A stretch of DNA of 64,000 bases from Candidatus Heimdallarchaeota archaeon (GTDB taxonomy: Archaea > Asgardarchaeota > Heimdallarchaeia > Heimdallarchaeales > Heimdallarchaeaceae): contig JAUVXV010000005.1 in the NCBI GenBank assembly GCA_030603365.1, positions 96,001 to 160,000 on the forward strand, in the 5' to 3' direction. The notes below the pieces were generated by a model that had not been told where the DNA came from, ran no database searches, and worked only from the letters and a program-made list of their open reading frames with translations. Positions 38,435 to 48,954 of the stretch are shown piece after piece. The translations under genes were made by a program, and so were the position numbers. How positions within the stretch are numbered: the first letter of the stretch is position 1; every line of letters begins with the position of its first letter.

Positions 38435-40672
38435 GTGATAATGAGAAAATCTGTAACTTCTATTCTTTTGGTTCTTTTCATCACAGTATCTTTGTCCCAT
38501 AATTTCTCACCAGTTTTGGCAGAAGAAACTGATATTCTATTATCCAATCCAACCACCAATCAACCAATTAAAGAGTTAGTTAGCTCTGGTTCGATTGTTA
38601 TTTATTCAGATGCTGATTTTGAAAGTTATGCTATACCTGGAAGTGGGACGATTGATGATCCATATAGAATTGAGAATTTATTGATAGAATTACTCAACAG
38701 TTATGGGATTTATATCAGTGGTGTTCACAAATATTTCGTTATTCAAAACTGTCATATTAGGAATCTGACTTATGGTGGAATTATTGTTCAGAATACTTAC
38801 TCTGGTTATGGCAATATAACCAATAATGTGGTCGAAAATTGCAATGATGACGGTATTTATGTTCAAAGATGTGAAGGAATAACTATTAGTGATAATACTT
38901 GTACCAATAATATAGATGGTATCAATATAAAACTTTCAAATAATTGTACTGTTAGGAATAACATATGTGAAGATAATCTAGCCGTAGGAATCCATATAGA
39001 GCTTGATTCCCCCAACTGTTTATTTGAGAATAATACTGTCAACTCGAATGACAATTTTGGTATGTTTTTCTATAAATCAAATGGTGCTTTTGTTTATAAT
39101 AACAGTTTAATAAACAATGATTTTGAAGTATATGAGGATACGATCGAAGAATATCTGAAATATGAAATTGAAGATAACACCATCAATGGTACAAAAATGG
39201 GTTATTTTAAAAACTCAGAGAAATTCACAATAAATGATACCGACTACAACAAACTATACATTATGAATTGTTCAGAAGTTGTGGTAGAGAATTTGATTAT
39301 TGAAGGTAACTTTGTAGGAATATTTAGTTACTGGAGCAATAATTGTACTTTCCAACAGAATCTCTTTACAGGAAACATACAAATAGGACTTTATATTCAT
39401 AATTCAAATTTCACAAACATCATCAACAATAACTTTGCATTCAACTTACATGGTTTTGGTCTTGTTGACTCTTTTCATATTCTCATTAAAGGTAATAACT
39501 TTACAAGTGATGGAATAATCTTTGAAAATATAAACATTCTTGCTGTACCAACAATAACAATAGAAAACAATCTAGTAAATGGTTTGAAACTAGGATATTT
39601 CTATAAAGAACAATCTCTTACACTTTCAACTCCAGAGTACGGACAGTTGATTTTCTATAACTGTACTGACATCATTGTATCAAATCAAGTTTTATCTCAG
39701 ACTCAGGTAGCAATTACAGTTGTATTATCGAGGAATTTTGTGATTTCAAACTGTATAACTTCTGAAAGCGCTGCAGGTATAATAATGAATTCTTGTTATA
39801 ATGTCACAATTCTAGATTGTTCAATAAATGAAAACTCACTTGGCTTAAGTGCATATGATCTCTCTCTTTTTACTGTTGAAAATACAGAAATAAATTCCAA
39901 TAGGGATTCAGGATTCGAACTGTTAGCTTCTAATAATGTAATAATCAATCATTGTACTGTAAATAATAATGAGTTTGGGTTATTCTGTATAAATAATTTT
40001 GATGTTAGAGTCAATGGGTCTCTCATAGCCAATAATACTCAAATTAATCTCTATGCTCACGAAATGGATTATTTCTATATTTACTACACAGACTTATACT
40101 TCAGCACCTATGGAATATATTTACAATTGACAGAAGTGTGCTTCATCAAATACTGTAACATCAAGAATGCTGATGTCGATGGGATTCACTTAAGAGATTC
40201 TATTCGTGTTAATGTATTGTGGAGCAATAGTAGCTTAAACTTATTTGGAATCAGATCAAGAGGTTCTACTTTCTGTAAATTCCTGTATAATACATTTGCA
40301 GGAAATGCAGAATATGGCATCTCACTAAATCTTGCATCGGAACATAATCTCATCCATCATAATGTTTTCAATGAAAACAAAGCAAATGATGTTACAGGAA
40401 GGTTATCTCAATGTTTTGATGATGGTTACAACAACACATGGTATGATATTGTAACTTATGAAGGAAACCGGTGGTCTAATATTGATTCATATTATTACCA
40501 AATCTCTGGTTATGCCTATTCTGTTGACATCTTCCCTCTGAATCCTGTTGAAGTAACATATCCTACAGAACCATCTGATGAATCGTCCTTCTATTTACTA
40601 GTTCCATTGGTATCTTTGGTTCCAATAATCGCAATTTATACTATTAAACGTAAGAAGAGAAATATACAATAA
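38435..40672 (+). CDS. Large parallel beta-helix (NosD/CASH-like) surface protein
   Basis: PGSGTIDDPYRIEN, many NN..GI repeats, GNRWS, C-terminal TM/basic tail. Confidence 0.85.
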   Translation: MIMRKSVTSILLVLFITVSLSHNFSPVLAEETDILLSNPTTNQPIKELVSSGSIVIYSDADFESYAIPGSGTIDDPYRIENLLIELLNSYGIYISGVHKYFVIQNCHIRNLTYGGIIVQNTYSGYGNITNNVVENCNDDGIYVQRCEGITISDNTCTNNIDGINIKLSNNCTVRNNICEDNLAVGIHIELDSPNCLFENNTVNSNDNFGMFFYKSNGAFVYNNSLINNDFEVYEDTIEEYLKYEIEDNTINGTKMGYFKNSEKFTINDTDYNKLYIMNCSEVVVENLIIEGNFVGIFSYWSNNCTFQQNLFTGNIQIGLYIHNSNFTNIINNNFAFNLHGFGLVDSFHILIKGNNFTSDGIIFENINILAVPTITIENNLVNGLKLGYFYKEQSLTLSTPEYGQLIFYNCTDIIVSNQVLSQTQVAITVVLSRNFVISNCITSESAAGIIMNSCYNVTILDCSINENSLGLSAYDLSLFTVENTEINSNRDSGFELLASNNVIINHCTVNNNEFGLFCINNFDVRVNGSLIANNTQINLYAHEMDYFYIYYTDLYFSTYGIYLQLTEVCFIKYCNIKNADVDGIHLRDSIRVNVLWSNSSLNLFGIRSRGSTFCKFLYNTFAGNAEYGISLNLASEHNLIHHNVFNENKANDVTGRLSQCFDDGYNNTWYDIVTYEGNRWSNIDSYYYQISGYAYSVDIFPLNPVEVTYPTEPSDESSFYLLVPLVSLVPIIAIYTIKRKKRNIQ

Positions 40673-40735
40673 ACTAGCTCTTCTCCTCCTTTTTCTCAAA
40701 CACATTTAAAAAATGTAAAAACTAAGCAATATTAG

Positions 40736-42127
40736 ATGCAATCGAATCAGTATGATTTTTCTCATTTGAATAGAAAAAACAGATTAGCTGGTACAGCAAA
40801 TGATCTCTCACCTGATCAAGCATCAATGTTGGGAGAGATTTTAGGTACATATCTAGGTGGAGAGGAGGCAGTAGTTGTGTCAGCTAGAGATTACCGAAAA
40901 GATACTAGGATGATTAGTCGAGCTTTTAATGCAGGTTTAATAAGTGTAGGAACAACAGTTTTTGAATTACATGCAAGTTCTTTACCAGTAGTTCAATTTG
41001 CTTTAAGAAGATTCAGTGCTCACGCAGGAGTTCATATGGCTGCAGCTCACAGAACAGCTGAGAAGATTAACATAAGAATCTTCGACCAGACTGGTATAGA
41101 GGTTCCTTTCCAAGATATTTTTTCCAAGGAAAAAATCCAGCAGAAACCCATTAAAAGAGCTCCTCCTGACAAGATTGCAGATATACTCTCAGTCAAACAA
41201 GCTAATGATCTTTATAGAGCAGCAATTAGTTCAGCTCTAGGAACAGATATACTCAAACAACAGAATTTTTCAGTAGTTGTAGATTGTGCTTTTGGACCTG
41301 TTGCTGAGGTTTTTCCAAACATTTTAGCACAAAATGGTTGCAATGTATTAACTCTAAATGCTTTCAAACCTGAAAACATACCTGAATCATTGCCAAATCC
41401 GAATTCATTGTCTATTTTATCAAGAACAATGGTAGCAGCAAATGGAGATCTTGGAATTGCATTCGATCCAAGCGGTTCAAGAGCAATTTACTTAGATGAA
41501 CATGGAAGAATAATAGATCCGTGTGTAATAGTATCAATTCTACTTCAAGATAAAATGATAGGAAGACAAGAAGGAAAAGTAGTTTTGTCTAATTCTCTTT
41601 GGATAATGGAAAAATGGTTAAAAGAACATGATATTACTCCTTATTTCTCGAACGAATATCCAGGAGAGATTTCTAGAACCGTACAATTTCAAAGAGCTAT
41701 TTTTGGAGCTGATGAACAGGGGATTTATATTCACCCAACTATCTCAAATGAATCAGAACCATTTGCATCAACTTTACTGTTACTTTCCTCATTTGCTCGT
41801 GATGAGAAACATAAGTATATCTCCACATTTGTGGAAGATAGGGACATCTGCGATAAAGATATTTTTGAGGATAAATCCTATTCTCTCGTTGCTGATCCAA
41901 AATTGTTCTTAAAAAAGATTTATGAGAGAGATAACGAGAACAAGATAATAAATACTCTAAATGGTGTAAAAATAATTCATGATAAAAGGAAATGGAGTCA
42001 TATCTTCAGTACTATAATTCCTTCAAAGATCACCATTAGAGCATGTGCAGAAAATAGTGAAGATAGAGAATCAATATTGAATGAAACAATGTCAATGGTT
42101 GAAACTCTTGATGGTGAATTATCTTGA
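40736..42127 (+). CDS. Phosphohexomutase-fold protein, probably catalytically inactive
   Basis: ARDYR and VVDCAFG present, but SHNP replaced by AHRT and DGDADR by DPSGSR. Confidence 0.8.
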   Translation: MQSNQYDFSHLNRKNRLAGTANDLSPDQASMLGEILGTYLGGEEAVVVSARDYRKDTRMISRAFNAGLISVGTTVFELHASSLPVVQFALRRFSAHAGVHMAAAHRTAEKINIRIFDQTGIEVPFQDIFSKEKIQQKPIKRAPPDKIADILSVKQANDLYRAAISSALGTDILKQQNFSVVVDCAFGPVAEVFPNILAQNGCNVLTLNAFKPENIPESLPNPNSLSILSRTMVAANGDLGIAFDPSGSRAIYLDEHGRIIDPCVIVSILLQDKMIGRQEGKVVLSNSLWIMEKWLKEHDITPYFSNEYPGEISRTVQFQRAIFGADEQGIYIHPTISNESEPFASTLLLLSSFARDEKHKYISTFVEDRDICDKDIFEDKSYSLVADPKLFLKKIYERDNENKIINTLNGVKIIHDKRKWSHIFSTIIPSKITIRACAENSEDRESILNETMSMVETLDGELS

Positions 42128-42273
42128 AAAAGAAAAAAGAAATAGTACCAGAACAAGAACAAATGAATGTTTGTTTGAAGTGTGGAAGACCAATTGTACG
42201 CAAAGAGAAATTCTGTATGCAATGTGGTATTATGATAAACATTCGTCAACACTATCCGCATAATCTACTTTGA
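42124..42273 (+). CDS. Small zinc-ribbon protein (49 aa, not in ORF track)
   Basis: TTG start overlapping upstream stop, GGTGA SD, CLKC...CMQC. Confidence 0.65.
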   Translation: MKKKKEIVPEQEQMNVCLKCGRPIVRKEKFCMQCGIMINIRQHYPHNLL

Positions 42274-42335
42274 TTCTAACTAACTTTTCTCTCATTTCAA
42301 AAACATTAAAGAATGAGTAATTTTAGCAACTATTA

Positions 42336-44057
42336 ATGACTAAAGGTTATCTCAGTTTTGTTTTACATGGTCATATGCCTTGGGTACTAGAACAGGGTAC
42401 ATGGCCACATGGAGAAGTATGGTTACATGAAGCAGCTGCTGAAACATACACTCCTACTCTATCAATGTTGACAAACTTTCAAGAGAAAAAAGGTTATACA
42501 GATATGCTTACAATTGGTATGACACCTGTTCTTACTGAGCAATTAGTTCATCCACGTTTTAAAGCAAGTTTTGAGAATTATCTGAATGATCGAATCGAGC
42601 AGAGTATTAAAGATAAAGATCACTTTAACTGGGTAGGAGACCAAAAAATCGCTCAATTGGCAGAACGATGGATCAGCTATTATTCTTCAGTCAAGGAACA
42701 GTTTGTTGAAAGATTTAACAGAGATATAATAGATGGATATAAACGACTTCAAGATAAAGGAGCTATTGAGATAATTACTTGTGGAATCACACATGGATAC
42801 CTTCCCTTGTTAGGAAAAGAAGAGACAGTAAATGCTCAGATAAAAGGTGGACAAAGTATCTACAAATATAGATACGGTGGTAGAGAATCTGCTGGAATGT
42901 GGTTACCTGAAATGGCTTACCGTCCAGAGTATAGATGGAAGAACCCAATAACAAATGAAGAGTTTGATAGAAAGGGAGTTGAGTTTTACCTTGCTAAAAA
43001 TAACATTCGCTATTTCCTTGTTGATACTCCACTATTAAGAGGAGGAGAAAGCATAGGAACCTATCTAGATAAATTTGATGCGTTAAAGAAATTGTGGACC
43101 CAATTTGAGAAACAGAAACCTGATCTAGTAGACAAAGATTATCCGCTCTTTAGACCCTATTTCACAGGGGGGACAGAGGATTATGATAATAAAGTCAGTT
43201 TCTTCACAAGAGATGATAAAACAGGTATACTCGTCTGGTCAGGAGATATCGGTTTTCCAGGAGATGGGAGCTATCTAGAATTTCATAAAAAGCATTGGCC
43301 TTCTGGTAACAGGTACTGGAAAGTTACAGGCAAAGATGTTGATCTGGGAGAAAAAGAGGTCTATGACCATAGCAAAATAGTCGAAAGATTAGATGAAAAT
43401 TCAGAACATTTCTTCAAAGTAGCCAAAGAAAGTATTCTTCAGAATTATAAAGAGATTGGAACGCCAGGAATTGTAGTTTGTCCATACGATTTCGAACTTT
43501 TTGGACATTGGTGGTTTGAGGCTATAGGCTTTCTGGAAAGAATAATCACAAAAGTAAGTGAAGATGAAGAAATAGCAACAACTACAACTAGAAGCTATCT
43601 AGAAAAATATCCTCCAAGTGAAGACATCTATGTTCCTCTCCCAGAGGGATCATGGGGAAAAGGTAATTTCCACTGGATATGGCTGAATGATGATACAACT
43701 GCAAGTTGGAAATATATTTACGAATGTGAAGATCTATTTCTGAAAGCTCTGAAAGAGTTCAAAGTGACCCATTATAGAGATTTCAATCTAGCAAAAAGAT
43801 TGATTAATCAACTTGGAAGAGAATTATTCTTGCTTTCATCTTCAGATTGGACGTTTCTAATCTCAACATGGTCTGCGAGAGATTATGCAGAGGTTAGAAT
43901 AAAACTACATTATGATAATTTCAAAAAATTGTATGTTCTGTTTAAGCAGTATAAAGATGGTAAGATAAATGATCAAGCTATTCAACTTCTAGAAGAAATT
44001 GAAAAAGAAGATAGTATTGCTTGGGAACAAGATGTCTATCAATGGTTTGAGCTCTAG
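42336..44057 (+). CDS. GH57 1,4-alpha-glucan branching enzyme
   Basis: LHGHMPW, THGYLP, WLPEMAY, PYDFELFGHWWFE, SSDW. Confidence 0.92.
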   Translation: MTKGYLSFVLHGHMPWVLEQGTWPHGEVWLHEAAAETYTPTLSMLTNFQEKKGYTDMLTIGMTPVLTEQLVHPRFKASFENYLNDRIEQSIKDKDHFNWVGDQKIAQLAERWISYYSSVKEQFVERFNRDIIDGYKRLQDKGAIEIITCGITHGYLPLLGKEETVNAQIKGGQSIYKYRYGGRESAGMWLPEMAYRPEYRWKNPITNEEFDRKGVEFYLAKNNIRYFLVDTPLLRGGESIGTYLDKFDALKKLWTQFEKQKPDLVDKDYPLFRPYFTGGTEDYDNKVSFFTRDDKTGILVWSGDIGFPGDGSYLEFHKKHWPSGNRYWKVTGKDVDLGEKEVYDHSKIVERLDENSEHFFKVAKESILQNYKEIGTPGIVVCPYDFELFGHWWFEAIGFLERIITKVSEDEEIATTTTRSYLEKYPPSEDIYVPLPEGSWGKGNFHWIWLNDDTTASWKYIYECEDLFLKALKEFKVTHYRDFNLAKRLINQLGRELFLLSSSDWTFLISTWSARDYAEVRIKLHYDNFKKLYVLFKQYKDGKINDQAIQLLEEIEKEDSIAWEQDVYQWFEL

Positions 44058-45226
44058 ATATATAATTTTCTCTTCTTTTTTCTATTTACTATTAAAATCA
44101 TTAACATCCCAAGAATACTTAGCAAAGGATAATTTCCTTCATCAGTAGGCGTGGTTACTGTGACTACTATTTCATAAGTTTCTATCAATATAAGATTGTT
44201 AATATCTGATGCATCGAGTACAGAAATTCCATCACCTATTTGTGCCATATAGATAAGATCGTTGGCACTGTCCACATAGATATCTTCTGTTATATTTGCT
44301 ATTACAAGAAAAGTATTAACTTCAAGAAGATTTGAGGGCTCAGTTATATCAATTATACTCATTCCATACTCAAATGTTAAATCATTTGAAGTTATCAAGT
44401 ATGCATAATTTCCTTCAATATATACTTTATCTGCTCGTGTATTGGAGGTCAGATTATAAAACCCTAATATACTGATATCTGATATGTCCGAAATATTAAG
44501 AGCAATTAACCCATCTCCATCCGTTGCTATATAAGCTACATCATCAATAATTTCTACACTTTGAGCATTTAATGAATCTGTCGTACCAGGAATTTCACCA
44601 TAACTGTATGATATAACTGGTTGTGCTTTGTTACTTATATCAAGAATATTTAATCCAGAATCATAACCCACTAGAAATGCATAGTCATTTTTTATTGCTA
44701 TGTCTTTTACCATATCTCCTAAAGAATAACCTTCATCTTTTGTATTTCTAGATAAAACTTGAGGATCTGTTGGGTCTGTAACATCAATAATCGCAAAACC
44801 TTCTCCATTAATATCAATGTAAGCTATTTCATTTTGAATGGTTAAAAATCTAGTAATATTAGCTAAATCATAAATCTTTGAAAGCGGTGAAATACTACTT
44901 GTACCGCCTGAAATGTCAAAAATTACTAATCCACTCTCTCCAGCTGCTGCATATAGATAGTTTTCATTAATCACAAGTTCATTGAAGTTACCAGTATCAT
45001 CATCAAATCTTCCCAGATTTTCTAAGTTATACGGATCACTTACATCTATGAGCTCAATTCCACCTGTACGTTCTGCAACATAGGCAATATCCTCCTTAAC
45101 CTCTATTGATGCTGCAGGATAAGTTAGTGTTTCTGCTGAAGTTGTGGTGTTCATTAGCGAAATTAACTGGAAGGTAAGAATTAGAATAAATACAGTTACA
45201 ATTATAGCTCCTTTCTTCTTTTTCAT
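44054..45226 (-). CDS. LVIVD-repeat surface protein
   Basis: Repeated AYVA...GL.IIDISDP units; signal peptide; C-terminal TM/basic tail. Confidence 0.85.
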   Translation of the reverse strand: MKKKKGAIIVTVFILILTFQLISLMNTTTSAETLTYPAASIEVKEDIAYVAERTGGIELIDVSDPYNLENLGRFDDDTGNFNELVINENYLYAAAGESGLVIFDISGGTSSISPLSKIYDLANITRFLTIQNEIAYIDINGEGFAIIDVTDPTDPQVLSRNTKDEGYSLGDMVKDIAIKNDYAFLVGYDSGLNILDISNKAQPVISYSYGEIPGTTDSLNAQSVEIIDDVAYIATDGDGLIALNISDISDISILGFYNLTSNTRADKVYIEGNYAYLITSNDLTFEYGMSIIDITEPSNLLEVNTFLVIANITEDIYVDSANDLIYMAQIGDGISVLDASDINNLILIETYEIVVTVTTPTDEGNYPLLSILGMLMILIVNRKKKRKLYI

Positions 45227-45331
45227 TATTCAATCACTTTTCCTAGATCTATAACATTTGATAGATTCAGTTAGTACACTGGAGAAAATATAAAAGGATT
45301 TGGTTGTCAAATGGCAGGTGTTATAATTTTA

Positions 45332-46276
45332 CTATCCTTTTCTTTTTCTCTTTTTTCTATATACTAAAACTGCTAACAATAGAACTGAAAAAGCAACAAT
45401 TTCCAATGAATAGACAACTTTGAAAGTGTCAAAACCTTCTTCGAGGTACATTCTAAATAGATAGTCAGTTATTAGTATTACCTCTTCATTGAAAATGTCA
45501 TAGATTTTAGATTTAGATTCATAGGAACAAAGAACACCATTTGGGAGATATTTAAATGAAACATCATCAGTAATGTTTTTCTCAAGTAATCCATAAACAG
45601 CTTGATATGAATAATGCATATCATATGAAAAACCTTCTAACTTTGTATTATTATAAACAAAATCAGACTTCTCAATTACTGAGAAATTTTGATATATTTC
45701 TTCATTAATATCAGGATCGGTATTAATAATATAATCATCTAATTCTAATGGAAGAAAACACCCTAATATTCCCCGCCAACCTAGCATTGCTGTATTCAAT
45801 TCGAAAACATTTAATGGATAAGTACAATTAATTCCCAAGAGCTCATCAGGATAATTTCCCCCCTCAAATCCAAATAAATTATTATTGTTATCAATTTTAA
45901 ATACTAACTGAATACTATTTGTCTCATTGTCATATTGAAATCTATTTAGAGCACTCTCAATACATCCTTGACTCTGACAATGAATAAAATTGAAAATTGT
46001 TTGATTATCTGTTACTCTAAATGTTAATGTGTTCCTATAAGGTTCGAAATCAAAGAATACAAGAGTTTCATTATTAGTTTCCACATCTGTAGTTTCCCAA
46101 AAAGGGTCATATTCTGTTGTGATTTCAGAACGAAGATATGAAAAGGAATCTTGATGAAGATCCCAATAAGAATCTGCAACAACTTGTTTTTGAGAACTTA
46201 AGATTAGAAAAGTCATCATCAATGAACAAAGTTTTTGAAGATGTCTTTTTGATATCATAACACTGTTAATTCTCAC
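45332..46276 (-). CDS. Surface protein with C-terminal TM/basic tail
   Basis: Signal peptide; TM + RKKRKRK. Confidence 0.65.
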   Translation of the reverse strand: MRINSVMISKRHLQKLCSLMMTFLILSSQKQVVADSYWDLHQDSFSYLRSEITTEYDPFWETTDVETNNETLVFFDFEPYRNTLTFRVTDNQTIFNFIHCQSQGCIESALNRFQYDNETNSIQLVFKIDNNNNLFGFEGGNYPDELLGINCTYPLNVFELNTAMLGWRGILGCFLPLELDDYIINTDPDINEEIYQNFSVIEKSDFVYNNTKLEGFSYDMHYSYQAVYGLLEKNITDDVSFKYLPNGVLCSYESKSKIYDIFNEEVILITDYLFRMYLEEGFDTFKVVYSLEIVAFSVLLLAVLVYRKKRKRKG

Positions 46277-46316
46277 TAGAAATAATAAATGTTTGGAGCA
46301 ATCTATGAAAAAAGAG

Positions 46317-47786
46317 TTATTTCTTTTTCCATCTTTTCTTTAGTGCTTGTTCATACACTTTTTGCCAGTTACTTGCAGCATTTTTCCAAGAAAAGTCAAG
46401 ACTCATGACTCTTTTCTGTAATTTAACAAAACTTGGATGATCATTGTAATAAAGGCTTACAGCAAGTTCAACAGCTTCAAAGAATTCATCTGGTTTTGCT
46501 TTCTCAAAAACAAATCCATTTCCATTAGTTTGGTCTTCCACATAATCTTTTACAGTATCAGAGAGTCCTCCTGTGTTCCTAACAATAGGTACTGTTCCAT
46601 AAACCATGGAATACATCTGATTCAATCCACATGGTTCGTATATACTTGGCATTAGGAAGAAATCTGAGGCGGCTTCGATTTGGTGAGCTAAACGATTATC
46701 AAATTCAATGTTGATTGAACAGTCCTCTGGATACTTTTTCTCTTTTGTTTTGAATTTTTTCTCAAGTTTTGGATCTCCAGTTCCTAATAAAATAAATTGA
46801 ACTTTGAGATTCATAATATCATCAAATTTCTTAAGAATCATATTGAGACCTTTTTGAGTAGCTAATCTTGTAATTATACCCAGGAGAGGTTTATCAGTAA
46901 CATCTAGATTCAGTTTATCTTGCAGATAATTCTTGCATTCTTCCTTTCCTTTCAAGTTTCTAGCATCGTAATTCTTAACAATCAACTCATCTGTTCTCGG
47001 ATTCCAAATTGTTAAATCTATCCCATGAACAATACCGTAAAGGTCATCTTTACGAGTTGCAATGATTTTCTCTAAACCATACCCATATTCTTTGGTTTGG
47101 ATTTCTTCAGCATATTTTGAGCTTACAGTTGTGAGGATATCTGTATATACAACTGCTGCTTTCATGAAATTAATTTGATCATAAAATCCAAGCAAATCTT
47201 CAGTTAAATAAATTTCAGGTATATTTGCATCTGCTATTTCTTCTAAAGGATAGATTCCCTGATATCCAATATTATGAATTGTAAAAACTGTTCTTGCTTT
47301 ACTAAATAGAGGTTTTTCACTGTATTGTGTTTTTAATAAAAATGGAACCAATCCTGTATGCCAATCGTTAGCATGAATAATGTTTGGTGCAAATCCAAGT
47401 AATTCTAATGACGCAAAAACAGACTGAGAGAAGCTTAAGAATCTTATTGGACTATCTGCATAATCCTCACCTGTTTCTTCATCTACATAAATTCCATCTC
47501 TATAGAGATAGTTATTCTTAATGAAGTAGATTGGAACTTGACTACCAGGTAGAACAGATTCATACAGTTCGAAAACCTCAAGTTTTTCACCTATTGGTGC
47601 CACTAAATCTTTCTTGACTAGCTTGATATTATTGTCTTCTAAATTGATTTTCTTATACAATGGTGTAAAGATTATAATGTTGTGTCCCAATTCTTTCATT
47701 GCTTTTGGATAAGCGGATGAAACATCCCCTAAACCTCCAGTTTTGGAGAATGGAACAACTTCAGCTGAAATAAATACTATGTTCAT
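46317..47786 (-). CDS. glgA: Glycogen synthase (GT5)
   Basis: KTGGLGDV, HANDWHTG, PSIYEPCGLNQM, TGGLSDTV. Confidence 0.95.
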   Translation of the reverse strand: MNIVFISAEVVPFSKTGGLGDVSSAYPKAMKELGHNIIIFTPLYKKINLEDNNIKLVKKDLVAPIGEKLEVFELYESVLPGSQVPIYFIKNNYLYRDGIYVDEETGEDYADSPIRFLSFSQSVFASLELLGFAPNIIHANDWHTGLVPFLLKTQYSEKPLFSKARTVFTIHNIGYQGIYPLEEIADANIPEIYLTEDLLGFYDQINFMKAAVVYTDILTTVSSKYAEEIQTKEYGYGLEKIIATRKDDLYGIVHGIDLTIWNPRTDELIVKNYDARNLKGKEECKNYLQDKLNLDVTDKPLLGIITRLATQKGLNMILKKFDDIMNLKVQFILLGTGDPKLEKKFKTKEKKYPEDCSINIEFDNRLAHQIEAASDFFLMPSIYEPCGLNQMYSMVYGTVPIVRNTGGLSDTVKDYVEDQTNGNGFVFEKAKPDEFFEAVELAVSLYYNDHPSFVKLQKRVMSLDFSWKNAASNWQKVYEQALKKRWKKK

Positions 47787-48954
47787 TTTTATCCTCTACT
47801 TGTGATACTATATCTATTATCTTTTGAATTATGTCATTTGAGAGATTTAAAATTATTTGTTGAGAGTCTTCTGAAAGGTTTTCGATCATTTTTGCTAAGG
47901 TATTTCTCTGATACTTTAATCCGGTATGAATTAAATCAGAAGCCCACCAATCCTTTGAAGCCCACCAGAATTGGCAAGAATAGTAGGATGCATGATATTC
48001 ATCCATCCAATCACCTTCCAATAAATATCGTTTGATTTGGTGAAGTAATCGTAAATGAGTGTGTTGTAATTGATGAACAGGATTGAAAGGATGATTCCAT
48101 AAAGGATAAGGAATTAATGCATCTATGTCTGATTGTGTGGTAGACCAGGAGGAAGGGATGAAGATTTCACTTACCTTTTCAATAGGGAACCTATTCAAAC
48201 AGCTGGAAAGAGTTAATGTTTCTATTCTATCTGCTACATTGAAGAAGTAATAGTAATATTCTTCCATATGTTCGCCAAAAGTTTCTAGATCCATAGCTAG
48301 TACTATAGGTTGGTTTGTAGCTTTGAATTTATCTTGCAATTCTAGAACACAATGAGTTATATTGCGATTATAATGATTGAAAGAAATATTGTTACTCAAT
48401 TCTTTGTTTCTTTTGACTAACTGAATGGATTTCCCATTATCGAGAATGAAATTACAGCCATATGGTTCCGAATTAATATTAGTAGGAACTAAAACTGTGT
48501 TATATCCTTTTTCAAGTATTTGAGGAAGCAAGTCCTCTGAAACAGCTAATTCAGGAGGGAAGAAAACTGAAGAAGTCATACCTAATATGTTCTGAAGAAT
48601 TTCCTTTTGCTTTCCAATTTGGTATTTCTGATTTTCAATTGAAATTAAGGGTAGAAGTGGATGAAAAAAAGCCGACCCCATAATCTCTATTTGACCAGCT
48701 GATATACATTTTTCAATTAGTTCTAGAACATAGGGATATTTTGTGGCCAGTAATTCTAAAAGACAACCTGTAATATTTAGAGTAATTCTTACATTAGGTT
48801 TCTTTGTTAGATTTTCGAAAAATGGAATGTAACAGTTATTGACGATTCGTTCTAGAATCTCTATCCTCTGAGTTACTGGTTGGTAAGCATGGAGTATGAA
48901 AGAAACAGGAACCCTCTCTTCTTCTACCATCAACTTGACCTCTATATCTGGCAT
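47761..48954 (-). CDS. GH57 family glycoside hydrolase
   Basis: LHAYQP, FHPLLP, FPPELAV, DLETFGEH. Confidence 0.88.
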   Translation of the reverse strand: MPDIEVKLMVEEERVPVSFILHAYQPVTQRIEILERIVNNCYIPFFENLTKKPNVRITLNITGCLLELLATKYPYVLELIEKCISAGQIEIMGSAFFHPLLPLISIENQKYQIGKQKEILQNILGMTSSVFFPPELAVSEDLLPQILEKGYNTVLVPTNINSEPYGCNFILDNGKSIQLVKRNKELSNNISFNHYNRNITHCVLELQDKFKATNQPIVLAMDLETFGEHMEEYYYYFFNVADRIETLTLSSCLNRFPIEKVSEIFIPSSWSTTQSDIDALIPYPLWNHPFNPVHQLQHTHLRLLHQIKRYLLEGDWMDEYHASYYSCQFWWASKDWWASDLIHTGLKYQRNTLAKMIENLSEDSQQIILNLSNDIIQKIIDIVSQVEDKNEHSIYFS

